The notes under the pieces were generated by a model that had not been told where the DNA came from, made no database searches, and saw nothing but the letters and a program-made list of their open reading frames with translations. This document shows, in pieces, positions 7,721-16,669 of a stretch of 64,000 nt of DNA. Numbering within the stretch: the first letter of the stretch is position 1; every line of letters begins with the position of its first letter. The position numbers and the translations under genes were made by a program. The stretch is from Candidatus Eiseniibacteriota bacterium (GTDB lineage Bacteria; Eisenbacteria; RBG-16-71-46; CAIMUX01; VGJL01), in contig JBHGAY010000007.1 in the NCBI GenBank assembly GCA_041946735.1, positions 1-64,000 on the forward strand, read 5' to 3'.

Positions 7721-9277
7721 ATGCGCAAGCGGGGTCAAGATGCGGGGCCGCTGCTCGCGATCGCCTCGGGGCTCCTCTCCGGGCTCGCCTTCCCTCCCTT
7801 CGGCATCGCAGGGCTCGCCCTGGTCGCCCCGGTCCCGCTCCTGGCAGGCCTTGCCGATCCGCGCCGGACCGGCCTGCGGAGGGCGTTCACGCTGGGCTGG
7901 ATCGCGGCTCTCCTGCACTTCCTGCTCCTGCTCCACTGGATCCTCTGGCTGCCGAGCGAGGAGGTGACGATCCCGGGGCTCATGATCCCCGCCCTGCTCT
8001 TCATGGCGAGCTATCTGGCTCTCTTCTTCGGCGCGGCGGCCCTGGGGTCCGTCTGGGTCTCGAGGCGGCTCCGGCTGCCGCTCGGGCTCGTCTGGCCGGT
8101 CCTCGTGACACTGGCCGACATTCTCCGGTCGAGCGGGGAGCTCGCGTTTCCGTGGGGATCGCCCGGCTACGCGCTCGCCTCCTGGACTCCGGCGCTTCAG
8201 TTCACGTCGATCACCGGATTCTGGGGCCTGGTGCTCTGGGTCCAGCTCCTCGCCGGCCTCGCCTGGGAGGCGCTGCGGGCGGCCGGCCTGCTGCGAGCGC
8301 GCGCCGTTGCCGGCGCGGCGGCCGCGGTTCTCTTCCTCGCCCCCTGGGTCCATGGATCGATCGTCCTCTCGCAGGCGCCGCGCGACACGATCGACGGGCC
8401 GGCGGGGATCGACGTCGCCATCCTTCAGCCGAACACGAGCCGCGAGATCAAGTGGGACCCGCGCTACCGGGAGATCGTGATCGACGACCTGCTGCGGCGG
8501 ACGCGGGAGGCGGGTGAGAAGCGGCCTGACCTGATCGTCTGGCCCGAGACTGCGGTTCCGATGGTGCTCCTGCAAGAGCCCGTCTACCTGGCGCAGGTCG
8601 AGGAGACGGTGCGGGCGATCCATACGCCGCTGCTCGCCGGGACGCTCGACTACGAGAGGACCCCGGACGGGTATCTCGCCCACAACTCCGCCGCCCTCTT
8701 CGGCGCGGACGGCCGCCTCGTCGACCGCTACGACAAGCAGCGGCTCGTCCCGTTCTCCGAGCGGATGCCGTTCCAGAAGCAGGCGCCCTGGCTGTCCAGC
8801 CTGAACTTCGGCCAATCGGACTTCTCGCCGGGAAGCCGCTACGTCCTCTTCCCGGTCGAGCGCGCGCGGATCGGCGTGTTGATCTGCTTCGAGAGCATCT
8901 TCCCTGAGCTCGCCCAGCGCTTCGTCGCACACGGGGCGAACCTGCTCGTGAACATCACGAACGACTTCTGGTTCGGCGACACGGCCGCGCCGGTGCAGCA
9001 CGCCGAGATGGCGATCTTTCGAGCGGTCGAGACCCGCACGCCCCTGCTACGCTGCGCGAACACCGGGATCTCGATGGTCGTCGATCCGTGGGGGCGCGTG
9101 TCGCATCAGACCCGGACCTTCGTCGAGGCGAGGATCGACGTGCGCGTGCGGACGGTCGATCGCCCCCGCCCGCCGTTCCACGTCCGGCACGGCGCCTGGC
9201 TCACGATCGCGCTGACCGGGCTCGGAGGGGGCCTGCTGGGTGCCGCCTTCCTCGCCCGAGGAGGATCGACCGCATGA
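7721..9277 (+). CDS. lnt: Apolipoprotein N-acyltransferase
   Basis: N-terminal TM helices, FPW, QPN, VWPETA, YDKQRLVPFSE, ICFESIF, ITNDFWFG, CANTGIS (E-K-C triad). Confidence 0.95.
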   Translation: MRKRGQDAGPLLAIASGLLSGLAFPPFGIAGLALVAPVPLLAGLADPRRTGLRRAFTLGWIAALLHFLLLLHWILWLPSEEVTIPGLMIPALLFMASYLALFFGAAALGSVWVSRRLRLPLGLVWPVLVTLADILRSSGELAFPWGSPGYALASWTPALQFTSITGFWGLVLWVQLLAGLAWEALRAAGLLRARAVAGAAAAVLFLAPWVHGSIVLSQAPRDTIDGPAGIDVAILQPNTSREIKWDPRYREIVIDDLLRRTREAGEKRPDLIVWPETAVPMVLLQEPVYLAQVEETVRAIHTPLLAGTLDYERTPDGYLAHNSAALFGADGRLVDRYDKQRLVPFSERMPFQKQAPWLSSLNFGQSDFSPGSRYVLFPVERARIGVLICFESIFPELAQRFVAHGANLLVNITNDFWFGDTAAPVQHAEMAIFRAVETRTPLLRCANTGISMVVDPWGRVSHQTRTFVEARIDVRVRTVDRPRPPFHVRHGAWLTIALTGLGGGLLGAAFLARGGSTA

Positions 9278-10485
9278 CGACCGCCACGTTCGAGCCGCGC
9301 CACTCGATCCGCTTGAAGCCCGGGCGCGACGCCTCCGTTCGCGCGCGGCACCCGTGGATCTTCTCGGGCGCCGTCGCGGAAGTCGCCTCGCTCCCCGACG
9401 CGCAGGACGGGGACGTCTGCGACGTGCGCAGCGACGCGGGGGAGTGGCTCGCGCGTGGCACGCTGCATCGCTCTTCGCAGATCCTCTGTCGCATCCTCAC
9501 GTGGCGCGAGGAGCCGATCGATACCGCGTTCTTCTTGGGACGGTTCGCGGAGGCGGCCCGCCTGCGCGCGGAGATGGCAGACCTCGAGGGGACGGATGCC
9601 TTCCGCGTCGTCAACGCCGAGGGCGACCGCCTCCCGGGGCTGATCGTCGACCGCTACGGGGAGCATCTCGTCGTCCAGGCGCTCACGACCGGGATGCTGC
9701 GGCTGCAGCCGGCCTGGCTCGCGGCGCTGGAGGAGTCGTTCGCTCCGGCGTCGGTCGTCGACCGGACGGAGGGAGCGGTGCGCGATCCGGCCATGTATGG
9801 ACGCCGCGCCGTCCTGTCGGGCGATCCCCCGCCCGACGGGATGCTCTCGATCCGCGAAGCGGGGATCCGCTTCCGCGTCTCTCTGCTGTCGGGGCAGAAG
9901 ACCGGGTTCTATCTGGACCAGCGGCCGAACCGGCTGCGTCTCGGTCAGCTCGCGCGCGGCCGCGAGGTGCTGAACGCCTTCGCCTACACGGGGGCGTTCG
10001 GGATCCACGCGGCGCGGGGCGGCGCGAAGCGCGTGGTGCAGGTCGAGTCGAGCGCGCCGGCGCTGGCGGAGGCGCGCGCGAACGCCGAGGCGAACGGCAT
10101 TCCCGAGGAACAGGTCGCGTACGTGCAGGACGACGTGGGCCGGTACTTGCGGTCCGACGCGGCCGGAGAGTTCGACGCCATCGTGCTCGACCCGCCACCC
10201 TACGCGAAGGACCGCGGGAGCGTCGATCGCGCCGCACGCGCCTACAAGGACGTCAATCTGCGCGCCATGCGACGCCTGCGCCCCGGCGGCATCCTGATGA
10301 GCTTCTCCTGCTCGCAGCACGTCGGGATCGACCTGCTGCAGAAGATCCTCTTCGGCGCGGCGCGCGACGCCGGCGCGTCGATGCAGTGGCTCGCGCGGCT
10401 CGGCCCGGGCGCCGACCATCCGGTGCATCTCGATCATCCCCAGGGGGAGTACCTCAAGGGGTTCCTCCTGCGGCGGATCGGATGA
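9274..10485 (+). CDS. rlmI: RlmI-family class I SAM-dependent rRNA m5C methyltransferase
   Basis: HPWIFSG PUA domain, NAEGDRLPGLIVDRYG, GQKTGFYLDQR, LNAFAYTGAF, LDPP, FSCS, EYLKG. Confidence 0.88.
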   Translation: MTTATFEPRHSIRLKPGRDASVRARHPWIFSGAVAEVASLPDAQDGDVCDVRSDAGEWLARGTLHRSSQILCRILTWREEPIDTAFFLGRFAEAARLRAEMADLEGTDAFRVVNAEGDRLPGLIVDRYGEHLVVQALTTGMLRLQPAWLAALEESFAPASVVDRTEGAVRDPAMYGRRAVLSGDPPPDGMLSIREAGIRFRVSLLSGQKTGFYLDQRPNRLRLGQLARGREVLNAFAYTGAFGIHAARGGAKRVVQVESSAPALAEARANAEANGIPEEQVAYVQDDVGRYLRSDAAGEFDAIVLDPPPYAKDRGSVDRAARAYKDVNLRAMRRLRPGGILMSFSCSQHVGIDLLQKILFGAARDAGASMQWLARLGPGADHPVHLDHPQGEYLKGFLLRRIG

Positions 10486-11192
10486 GGGGCAGCGCGGAGC
10501 CGCGGCCGGGGCGCCTGCGCGCAGCCCGCTCGACGATCCCGCGCAGCGAGGAGCGGGTGCTGCCGGCGGCGCGGCGCGCGAGCGACCCGATGCTCGCCGA
10601 GCATTGGGCGCGCTACCGGTTCGTCGCGTCTCTGGCGAGAGGGAGGGTCGCGGACATCGGGTGCGGGTGCGGCTACGGAGCGCGCGAAATCGCGCGGCAG
10701 CCGGCCGTGCGCGAGGTGCTCGCGTGCGATCGCTCCGGCGAGGCGCTCGCGTGGGGGGCGCGGTACTATCCCGATCCGAGGATCGTGTGGCGCGAGGTCG
10801 ATCTGGAACGGCCGCGCTGGGAACGCGGGCTCGGCCGCTTCGACACGATCGTGGCGTTCGAGATCCTCGAGCATCTGGGGGACGATCGCCCGCTGCTCGA
10901 GGGGATGGAGAGGGCGCTCGCAGCAGCCGGGACGATCTGGCTCTCGACGCCGCTCGGGCGCGGGCGCGGGATCGCGGTCTCCGATCCGTTCCACGTTCAT
11001 CAGCTCCGGAGGCAGGAGGCGCTCGAGCTGCTCGGGGCGGGCTGGAGGACGGAGGCGTACGGGCAGCAGGGGGAGTGGATCGAGCCGTGGGAGGCGGGCC
11101 GGCGCTATCGCACGATCCTTCTGAGGGGGGTGCGGCGGAGCGACCGGGGTCGGGACCGGCCCGGCGACGAGCGGGAGGGCAGGTGGCGGTGA
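10482..11192 (+). CDS. Class I SAM-dependent methyltransferase
   Basis: EHWARYRF, VADIGCGCGYG, FDTIVAFEILEH, LSTP, PFHVH; ATGA overlap with upstream gene. Confidence 0.8.
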   Translation: MRGSAEPRPGRLRAARSTIPRSEERVLPAARRASDPMLAEHWARYRFVASLARGRVADIGCGCGYGAREIARQPAVREVLACDRSGEALAWGARYYPDPRIVWREVDLERPRWERGLGRFDTIVAFEILEHLGDDRPLLEGMERALAAAGTIWLSTPLGRGRGIAVSDPFHVHQLRRQEALELLGAGWRTEAYGQQGEWIEPWEAGRRYRTILLRGVRRSDRGRDRPGDEREGRWR

Positions 11193-11205
11193 GAGAGGAG
11201 CGACG

Positions 11206-12222
11206 ATGAGCGAGCGGCGATGGAAGGTGGGGATCCTCGGGGTGACGGGCGCGGTCGGCCGCACGATGGCTGCCTGCCTGGCGGAGTGCCGGTTCCCGGC
11301 GTCCTCCGTCCGGGGCTTCGCGAGCCCTCGCTCCGTGGGCGCGCGCGTGCCTGCGGGCGCCGGCACCCGAGCGGAGGAGATCGTCGTCGAGCCGCTGACG
11401 GAGGAGGCGATCGGCGCCTGCGACCTCGTGCTTCTCTCCGCCGGCGGAGACGTCGCTCGCGAATGGGTCCCTCGCCTCGCCGAGCGGAAGATCTGGGCGA
11501 TCGACAACTCGAGCGCCTTTCGGATGGATCCCGGCGTCCCGCTGATCGTCCCGGAGGTGAACGGCGCGGAGTTGCCCGCCACGCCCGGACCGATCGCCAA
11601 TCCCAACTGCTCGACGATCCAGATGGTCGTGGCGCTCGCCCCCCTCGCGCGGGCCTTCGGGCTGGAGCGCGTGCACGTCGCGACCTACCAGTCGGTCTCC
11701 GGGCGTGGCCAGAAGGGGATCGTCGCGCTCGAGGCCGAGCGACGCGGCGAGCGCGACCCGGGCGGCGCGTTCCCCCATGCGATCGACCAGAACGTCATCC
11801 CGCAGTGCGACGTCTTCCTCGCGGACGGCGTCACGCGCGAGGAAGAGAAGATGATCCGCGAGACGCGCAAGATCCTGAGCTTGCCGGACCTTCCGGTCCA
11901 TGTGACCTGCGCGCGCGTGGCCGTGCCCGTGTCGCACAGCGAAGCGGTGCACGCGACGCTCGGGCGCGCCGCGTCGCGCGAGGAGGTGATCGCCGTGCTG
12001 CGCGCCGCTCCGGGAGTGAAAGTCGCGGACGATCCGGAGAAGAGCGTGTACCCGACGCCCGCGCGCGTGGCCGGGACGAACGAGGTCTGGGTCGGACGGG
12101 TGCGGCAGGACCGCTGCGATCCGAGGATCGCAGCGCTTTGGATCGTCGCGGACAACCTGCGCAAGGGGGCGGCTTGGAACGCCGTCCAGATCGCGAGCGC
12201 GATCGCGGCGCGGGAGGGCTGA
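11206..12222 (+). CDS. asd: Aspartate-semialdehyde dehydrogenase
   Basis: GVTGAVG, IDNSSAFRM, VPEVN, ANPNCSTIQ, TYQSVSG, HSE, ADNLRKGAAWNAVQI. Confidence 0.96.
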   Translation: MSERRWKVGILGVTGAVGRTMAACLAECRFPASSVRGFASPRSVGARVPAGAGTRAEEIVVEPLTEEAIGACDLVLLSAGGDVAREWVPRLAERKIWAIDNSSAFRMDPGVPLIVPEVNGAELPATPGPIANPNCSTIQMVVALAPLARAFGLERVHVATYQSVSGRGQKGIVALEAERRGERDPGGAFPHAIDQNVIPQCDVFLADGVTREEEKMIRETRKILSLPDLPVHVTCARVAVPVSHSEAVHATLGRAASREEVIAVLRAAPGVKVADDPEKSVYPTPARVAGTNEVWVGRVRQDRCDPRIAALWIVADNLRKGAAWNAVQIASAIAAREG

Positions 12223-12231
12223 AGAGAGCCG

Positions 12232-12993
12232 ATGCCGGCCTACCGGATGCAGGTCGCGTACGACGGCACCGAGTTCCACGGATGGCAGACCCAGCCGGGA
12301 CTGCGGACCGTGCAGGGCGAGATCGAGCGCGCGCTCGCGATCCTCACCCGCGAGAGGGTCCGGACCTTCGGCGCCGGGCGAACCGATGCGGGCGTGCACG
12401 CGCGCGGGCAGGTCGTCTCGTTCCGGTGCGACGGCGTGCTCGAGCCGCGCAAGGCGATCGGCGGCATTCAGGCGCTGTGCGGCCCCGAAGTCCGGGTCAC
12501 GGCTTTCGATCATGACGCGCCACCCGAGTTCCACGCGCGACACGACGCGCGCTGGCGCCGTTACCGCTACCGGCTCCTCGAGCGATCCTCGCCACTCTAT
12601 CGAACGCAGGCGTGGCAGCCGAAGCGGCTCCCCTCGCTGCCGGCGCTACGAGCGGCGTCCCTGCCGTTGCGCGGCCGGCACGACTTCTCCTCATTTGCGA
12701 ACGCGAGCCCCGACCCGTCCCATCCGGTGTGCGACGTGACGCGGCTCGACTGGGAAAGGTGGGAGGAGGGGATCGAGCTGATCGTCGAGGCGGACCATTT
12801 CCTCTACCGCATGGTGCGCAACATCGTGGGGGCCGTTCTCGCCGCCGCGCGGTGTCACGGGGGCGGCGCCGACGAAGTGGCGCGCATCCTCGAGGCGCGC
12901 GACCGGCGGGTGGGCGGAGTCCCGGCCCCAGCGCACGGCCTCTGCCTGCTCGCAGTCGGCTACGACCCGCCGTGGCCGGAGGGGGCGCCGTGA
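12232..12993 (+). CDS. truA: tRNA pseudouridine(38-40) synthase
   Basis: AYDGTEFHGWQTQ, GAGRTDAGVHARGQ, FHAR, HDFSSF, FLYRMVRNIVG, APAHGLCL. Confidence 0.96.
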   Translation: MPAYRMQVAYDGTEFHGWQTQPGLRTVQGEIERALAILTRERVRTFGAGRTDAGVHARGQVVSFRCDGVLEPRKAIGGIQALCGPEVRVTAFDHDAPPEFHARHDARWRRYRYRLLERSSPLYRTQAWQPKRLPSLPALRAASLPLRGRHDFSSFANASPDPSHPVCDVTRLDWERWEEGIELIVEADHFLYRMVRNIVGAVLAAARCHGGGADEVARILEARDRRVGGVPAPAHGLCLLAVGYDPPWPEGAP

Positions 12994-13187
12994 GCTTCTC
13001 GTCTCTACTGCGGAGGCGGGTGCGTACCCTCCCGAACGAGCCTGACCAGCCGGATGTCTCGGCGTTCGACCCAACACGATCATCAAGGAGGGGGAAGGGG
13101 GGACCGGGCTTCACCCGCCGGGCCCCCGTGGAACTCAGGTGCTGATTCGGAACGTGTCAACCAATTTGAGACACCTACTGGTTTCAT

Positions 13188-14201
13188 TTAGTGAGCAACC
13201 TGGCCGATCGTCGCTGCCGGCGAGGGCTTGTTGATCCAGGCTGCCTCCGGAGGCCTGGACGGTTGAGGTGGACGACGAACGAATCGTTCGGGATGCCTCT
13301 CATAGGCTCGGTCCAAGGCCGCCCGTTGGACGGCAAGGACATCCTCGGTCCGGCCGTGATGGACGGTCGCCGGTGTAAGGAAGGCGATCCCCGAATGATG
13401 ATGCTCGTGGTTGTACCAGGGGAAGAACTCGGCGCAGAAGCCGCGAGCGTGCTCCTGGGAACCGAACCGATCCGGGAAGTCGGGCTGGTACTTCAGCGTC
13501 TTGTACTGGCTCTCCGAGTACGGATTGTCATCGGAGACGTGCGGACGGCTGTGGCTGCGGACTACGCCGAGGTCGGCGAGCCGCTGCGAAACAGAACGGG
13601 AGGTCATCGATGGCCCGCGATCCGCGTGGATCGTCAGCTGCCCCCCGACGATTCCTTCCTTCTCGCAAGTCTCGGCAATGAGTCGACGGGCGAGCGTACG
13701 GCTCTCCCGGTCGGCGACCATCCAGCCCACGATGTAACGACTGAAGATATCGAGGATCGTGTAGAGGCTGTAGTAGCTCCACCTAATCGGGCCACGAAGC
13801 TTGGTGATGTCCCACGACCAGACCCGGTTCGGTTCCGTAGCCAAGAGCTCCGGCTTCGAGTACGGCGGGTGACGAAGGATGTTGCGCCGTTCCCGCACCT
13901 CCCCCTCGCTGTCCAGGATGCGGTACATCGTGCGAACCGAGCAGCGGTAGATGCCTTCGTCCAGGAGGGTCGCGTAGATCTCGGCAGGAGCCTGGTCCAC
14001 GAATCGATTCGAATGAAGCTCTGCGACCACGGCCGCCCGCTCCGCTTCACTCAGCGACCGCGCCGGCTTCGGCCGCGGAGGTCGCTGTGAGGCCATCGGT
14101 GCCGGATGTCGTCTCCGGTACAGAGAGGCTCGTGCCAGACCAAGTGCCCGGCAGGCCGGCGCGACGGGGATGCTGGGAACCGCCTGCTCGACCGCGTCCA
14201 T
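13188..14201 (-). CDS. IS3-family transposase OrfB (rve integrase core)
   Basis: DDE motifs WSWDITKL, HADRG, DNPYSESQYKTLK; WYNHEHHHSGI; ATG overlaps the orfA stop (TGATG). Confidence 0.93.
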   Translation of the reverse strand: MDAVEQAVPSIPVAPACRALGLARASLYRRRHPAPMASQRPPRPKPARSLSEAERAAVVAELHSNRFVDQAPAEIYATLLDEGIYRCSVRTMYRILDSEGEVRERRNILRHPPYSKPELLATEPNRVWSWDITKLRGPIRWSYYSLYTILDIFSRYIVGWMVADRESRTLARRLIAETCEKEGIVGGQLTIHADRGPSMTSRSVSQRLADLGVVRSHSRPHVSDDNPYSESQYKTLKYQPDFPDRFGSQEHARGFCAEFFPWYNHEHHHSGIAFLTPATVHHGRTEDVLAVQRAALDRAYERHPERFVRRPPQPSRPPEAAWINKPSPAATIGQVAH

Positions 14202-14612
14202 CAGTCTTCTTCTTCGGACTCGGTCCGGTTCAGGGGGATCCCCAGGATCTCGGAGACTTTTTTTTGGAGCTCGATGATCGCCTCCGCCTTCTCGAGGCGC
14301 TTCTTCAGCCGGCGGTTCTCCCGTTCCAGCTCCGTCACTCGCGGATCAGGCTTCTTCGACTTCGGCCCGCGACGACGGGTCGGCCCGCCAAGATGGCCGC
14401 GCTCTCGCTGCTGCCTCCAGGCACTCAGCAACGAGGAGTACAGGCCCTCCCTCCGCAGGAGAGCGCCGATCTCTCCGGGACTGCGACAGGCGTCCGCCTC
14501 CTAGGATCTCCAGCTTGTACTCGGTCGTGTATTGGCGACGAATCGCCTTCGCGGAGACTTCAGGGTCCGGGACCACGCTGAGGTCCCGACTCTTCTTCGA
14601 TGGATGGGACAT
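14201..14612 (-). pseudogene. IS3-family transposase OrfA, frameshifted at about 14501
   Basis: PDPEVSAKAIRRQYTTEYKLEIL is in one frame and EADACRSPGEIGALLRREGLYSSLLSAWRQQR...ELQKKVSEILG in another; minus strand reads ATC CTA G GAG GCG. Confidence 0.85.
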
Positions 14613-14800
14613 CGCTCTCCCTCCCCGCCCTCCACAGTAAACTCCAGAAGGCAGGTGTCTCATGGGAGATTGGCACAGAGGGCAACGCTCTTCTTCATGG
14701 CCGGGGCGGCCTTCCGGACGACTCCACTCTGTGGTAGCCTGTCGTACGCTTTTGTTGGCGTGATTCACCGATTGCGCGGGACGGGAGGAGGCACGGAGGC

Positions 14801-16567
14801 TTGACTCGAGGCGGGGCGCTCTTGCTCGTCATTGCAGTGGGAGTCCTCGTGCTCCTTTCACAAGGGCTCGGCGCCAATGACATCGTGGCGGGTGACGAAG
14901 GCTACTACGGGATCATGGCCCGCAACATCGGCAGTAGCGTCGAGCAGGTCATCAGCCCATCCTTGAGTCCGCTCGGCCCCGCTGGCGACAAGCCGCCCTT
15001 CTATCCGCTCGTGCTCTATGGCGTGCTGGCGATCGGAGGGATCGACGAGGTCTCCCTCCGGCTGCCGACCGTCGTGATCATCGTCGCAGCGTGTCTCTTG
15101 CTCGTCCCTCTCGGTCGGGCGCTCGGTTGCACAGAGGCAGGCTTCTGGGCATCGCTCTTCTTCCTCGTGTCTCCGGCGGCGGGGCGCTTTGGGCGGGAAG
15201 TCCATGCGGAGCCGCTTGTCAGCCTGCTCGGGTTGGCGGGGATTCTGGCGTATCTCACAGGGCTGCGAAGCGGACGCCGGCGCTGGATCGTGGCGGCGGG
15301 CGTCGCGTTCGGCCTTGGTTTCCTCACGAAGGTCTGGCTGGTCCTCCCGTTCGCGGCCACCGCGGTCGGCGCCGGTTTGATCGCCGGATCGACGCAGCGC
15401 GCTCGATCCGGAGTGGTGGACGGATTCCATCGGAGTCTTCGTCCTGCCCTGCTGGTCGCCGGAGTGACGCTGGCGGTGATGTCGCTGCAGGTCATGGCCT
15501 GCCTCATCTTTCGCCCGCAGGATGTCGTCCATTGGCTCGAGATCTACTTCAGTTTCTCCCTCGTAAGGCGCGTCTCTGGCGCGGCGTTCGATCCTAGTTG
15601 GCGGCAGCCCTGGCACTGGTACGTGGCCCTTCTCGGCCGCTCCGTGTCGCTCGTCTTTCCTCTCTGCGTCTTCGGACTCGTGCATCTGTCGAGCACCATC
15701 TGGCGCCGGCGGGTGGGGACGCCGAAAGACTCCCTGTCGCGGCTCGCGTTCTGGTTGATCGTGATCTGGCTCCTGCCCCTGATTCCACTCTCTATCGTGG
15801 CCGTGAAGGGCGGCCACTATGTCGAGATGTTCGTCTATCCGTCCTTCCTGACGGCCGGCTTCGGCATGGTGCGCCTTCGGGAAACGATTCATGGGACGGA
15901 CCGTCCACCGGCGGGGGCGCTGATCACCGCAGCCGCGCTGTCTGTGATCTGGATTGGCGGCAGCCTGCTAGGCCTCCCGGTCGGCACGTCGATCCGGGGT
16001 ATCGCGATCGTTGTCCCTGCCGTTGCCGCGATCGGGTGGGTCGGGACGCTCCTTCTGGCAGCGAGCGCGAGGCGCGCCCCTCGAGCGCTCGCTCGGATCG
16101 CAATCCCCGGCATGATCGCAGTCGTGGTTCTCGTCGGCCTGGGTCGAGACGTGCAGGTCGTGCGAAGCCGAAGCCACGTGACCGGCTACGCCCGGCTCGC
16201 CGGCATTCTCGCGCCCGCCCTCGATGGGCTCCCACCCGAGCGCGAGTGCTTCTTCGCCCCTGAATGGCCTGCGCTCGCTTTCTACACCTTTCGCAACGGG
16301 CGCTACTGGGAGTCACCGTACGTTGCACGCGATCCCGAAGGTGCGCTGGCCGCCTTCCGCGGAGCGGATCCGTACTTCTTTGTGATCGATGTCGGCGATC
16401 AGGTGCTCTATGGAGGGACGCCGGACGAGGAGACCCGCCGAGTACTCGAGGCGGAGGGGCGTCGCATCGCGATCCCGATCGACCGAGACAGCCTCCGAGT
16501 CGTGGTCAACGCGGCGCTGGCGAAGAGGATCGACGCCGTAACGCCATCCGCTACCGGATCGCGCTGA
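14801..16567 (+). CDS. ArnT/GT39 (PMT_2)-like integral membrane glycosyltransferase
   Basis: TTG start after GGAGG; GDEGYY loop, DKPPFYP, LRLP, GFLTK, QPWHWY; many TM helices plus a soluble C-terminal domain. Confidence 0.82.
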   Translation: MTRGGALLLVIAVGVLVLLSQGLGANDIVAGDEGYYGIMARNIGSSVEQVISPSLSPLGPAGDKPPFYPLVLYGVLAIGGIDEVSLRLPTVVIIVAACLLLVPLGRALGCTEAGFWASLFFLVSPAAGRFGREVHAEPLVSLLGLAGILAYLTGLRSGRRRWIVAAGVAFGLGFLTKVWLVLPFAATAVGAGLIAGSTQRARSGVVDGFHRSLRPALLVAGVTLAVMSLQVMACLIFRPQDVVHWLEIYFSFSLVRRVSGAAFDPSWRQPWHWYVALLGRSVSLVFPLCVFGLVHLSSTIWRRRVGTPKDSLSRLAFWLIVIWLLPLIPLSIVAVKGGHYVEMFVYPSFLTAGFGMVRLRETIHGTDRPPAGALITAAALSVIWIGGSLLGLPVGTSIRGIAIVVPAVAAIGWVGTLLLAASARRAPRALARIAIPGMIAVVVLVGLGRDVQVVRSRSHVTGYARLAGILAPALDGLPPERECFFAPEWPALAFYTFRNGRYWESPYVARDPEGALAAFRGADPYFFVIDVGDQVLYGGTPDEETRRVLEAEGRRIAIPIDRDSLRVVVNAALAKRIDAVTPSATGSR

Positions 16568-16669
16568 TCGACTGCGCCCTGCCTCTCTTCTCCGCCCCGC
16601 TCCTGCTCGAGTTCGCGGAGAGGTTGCGGCGCAGCCGGAGGACGGCCGCGCCGCCGCGCTCTTCGGAGA

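Larger units (their letters stand above)
13148..14682 (-). mobile_element. IS3-family insertion sequence, probably non-autonomous (orfA frameshifted); exact ends uncertain
   Basis: orfA+orfB organisation; imperfect inverted repeats GTGTCAA-N6-TGAGACACCT (13154-13176) and GTGCCAA-N7-TGAGACACCT (minus strand, 14676-14653). Confidence 0.85.

Noticed and set aside
9106..12543. Long antisense or alternate-frame ORFs (9106-12543, 28907-31915, 34496-37267, 36435-38909 and many more)
   Set aside because: Arg/Pro/Ala-rich shadows of well-supported genes, expected in high-GC DNA; no family motifs.
12990..13147. Short ORF or ncRNA between truA and the IS
   Set aside because: 51 aa with no recognisable motif; G-rich hairpin potential but no identifiable RNA family; could be a remnant but unsupported.
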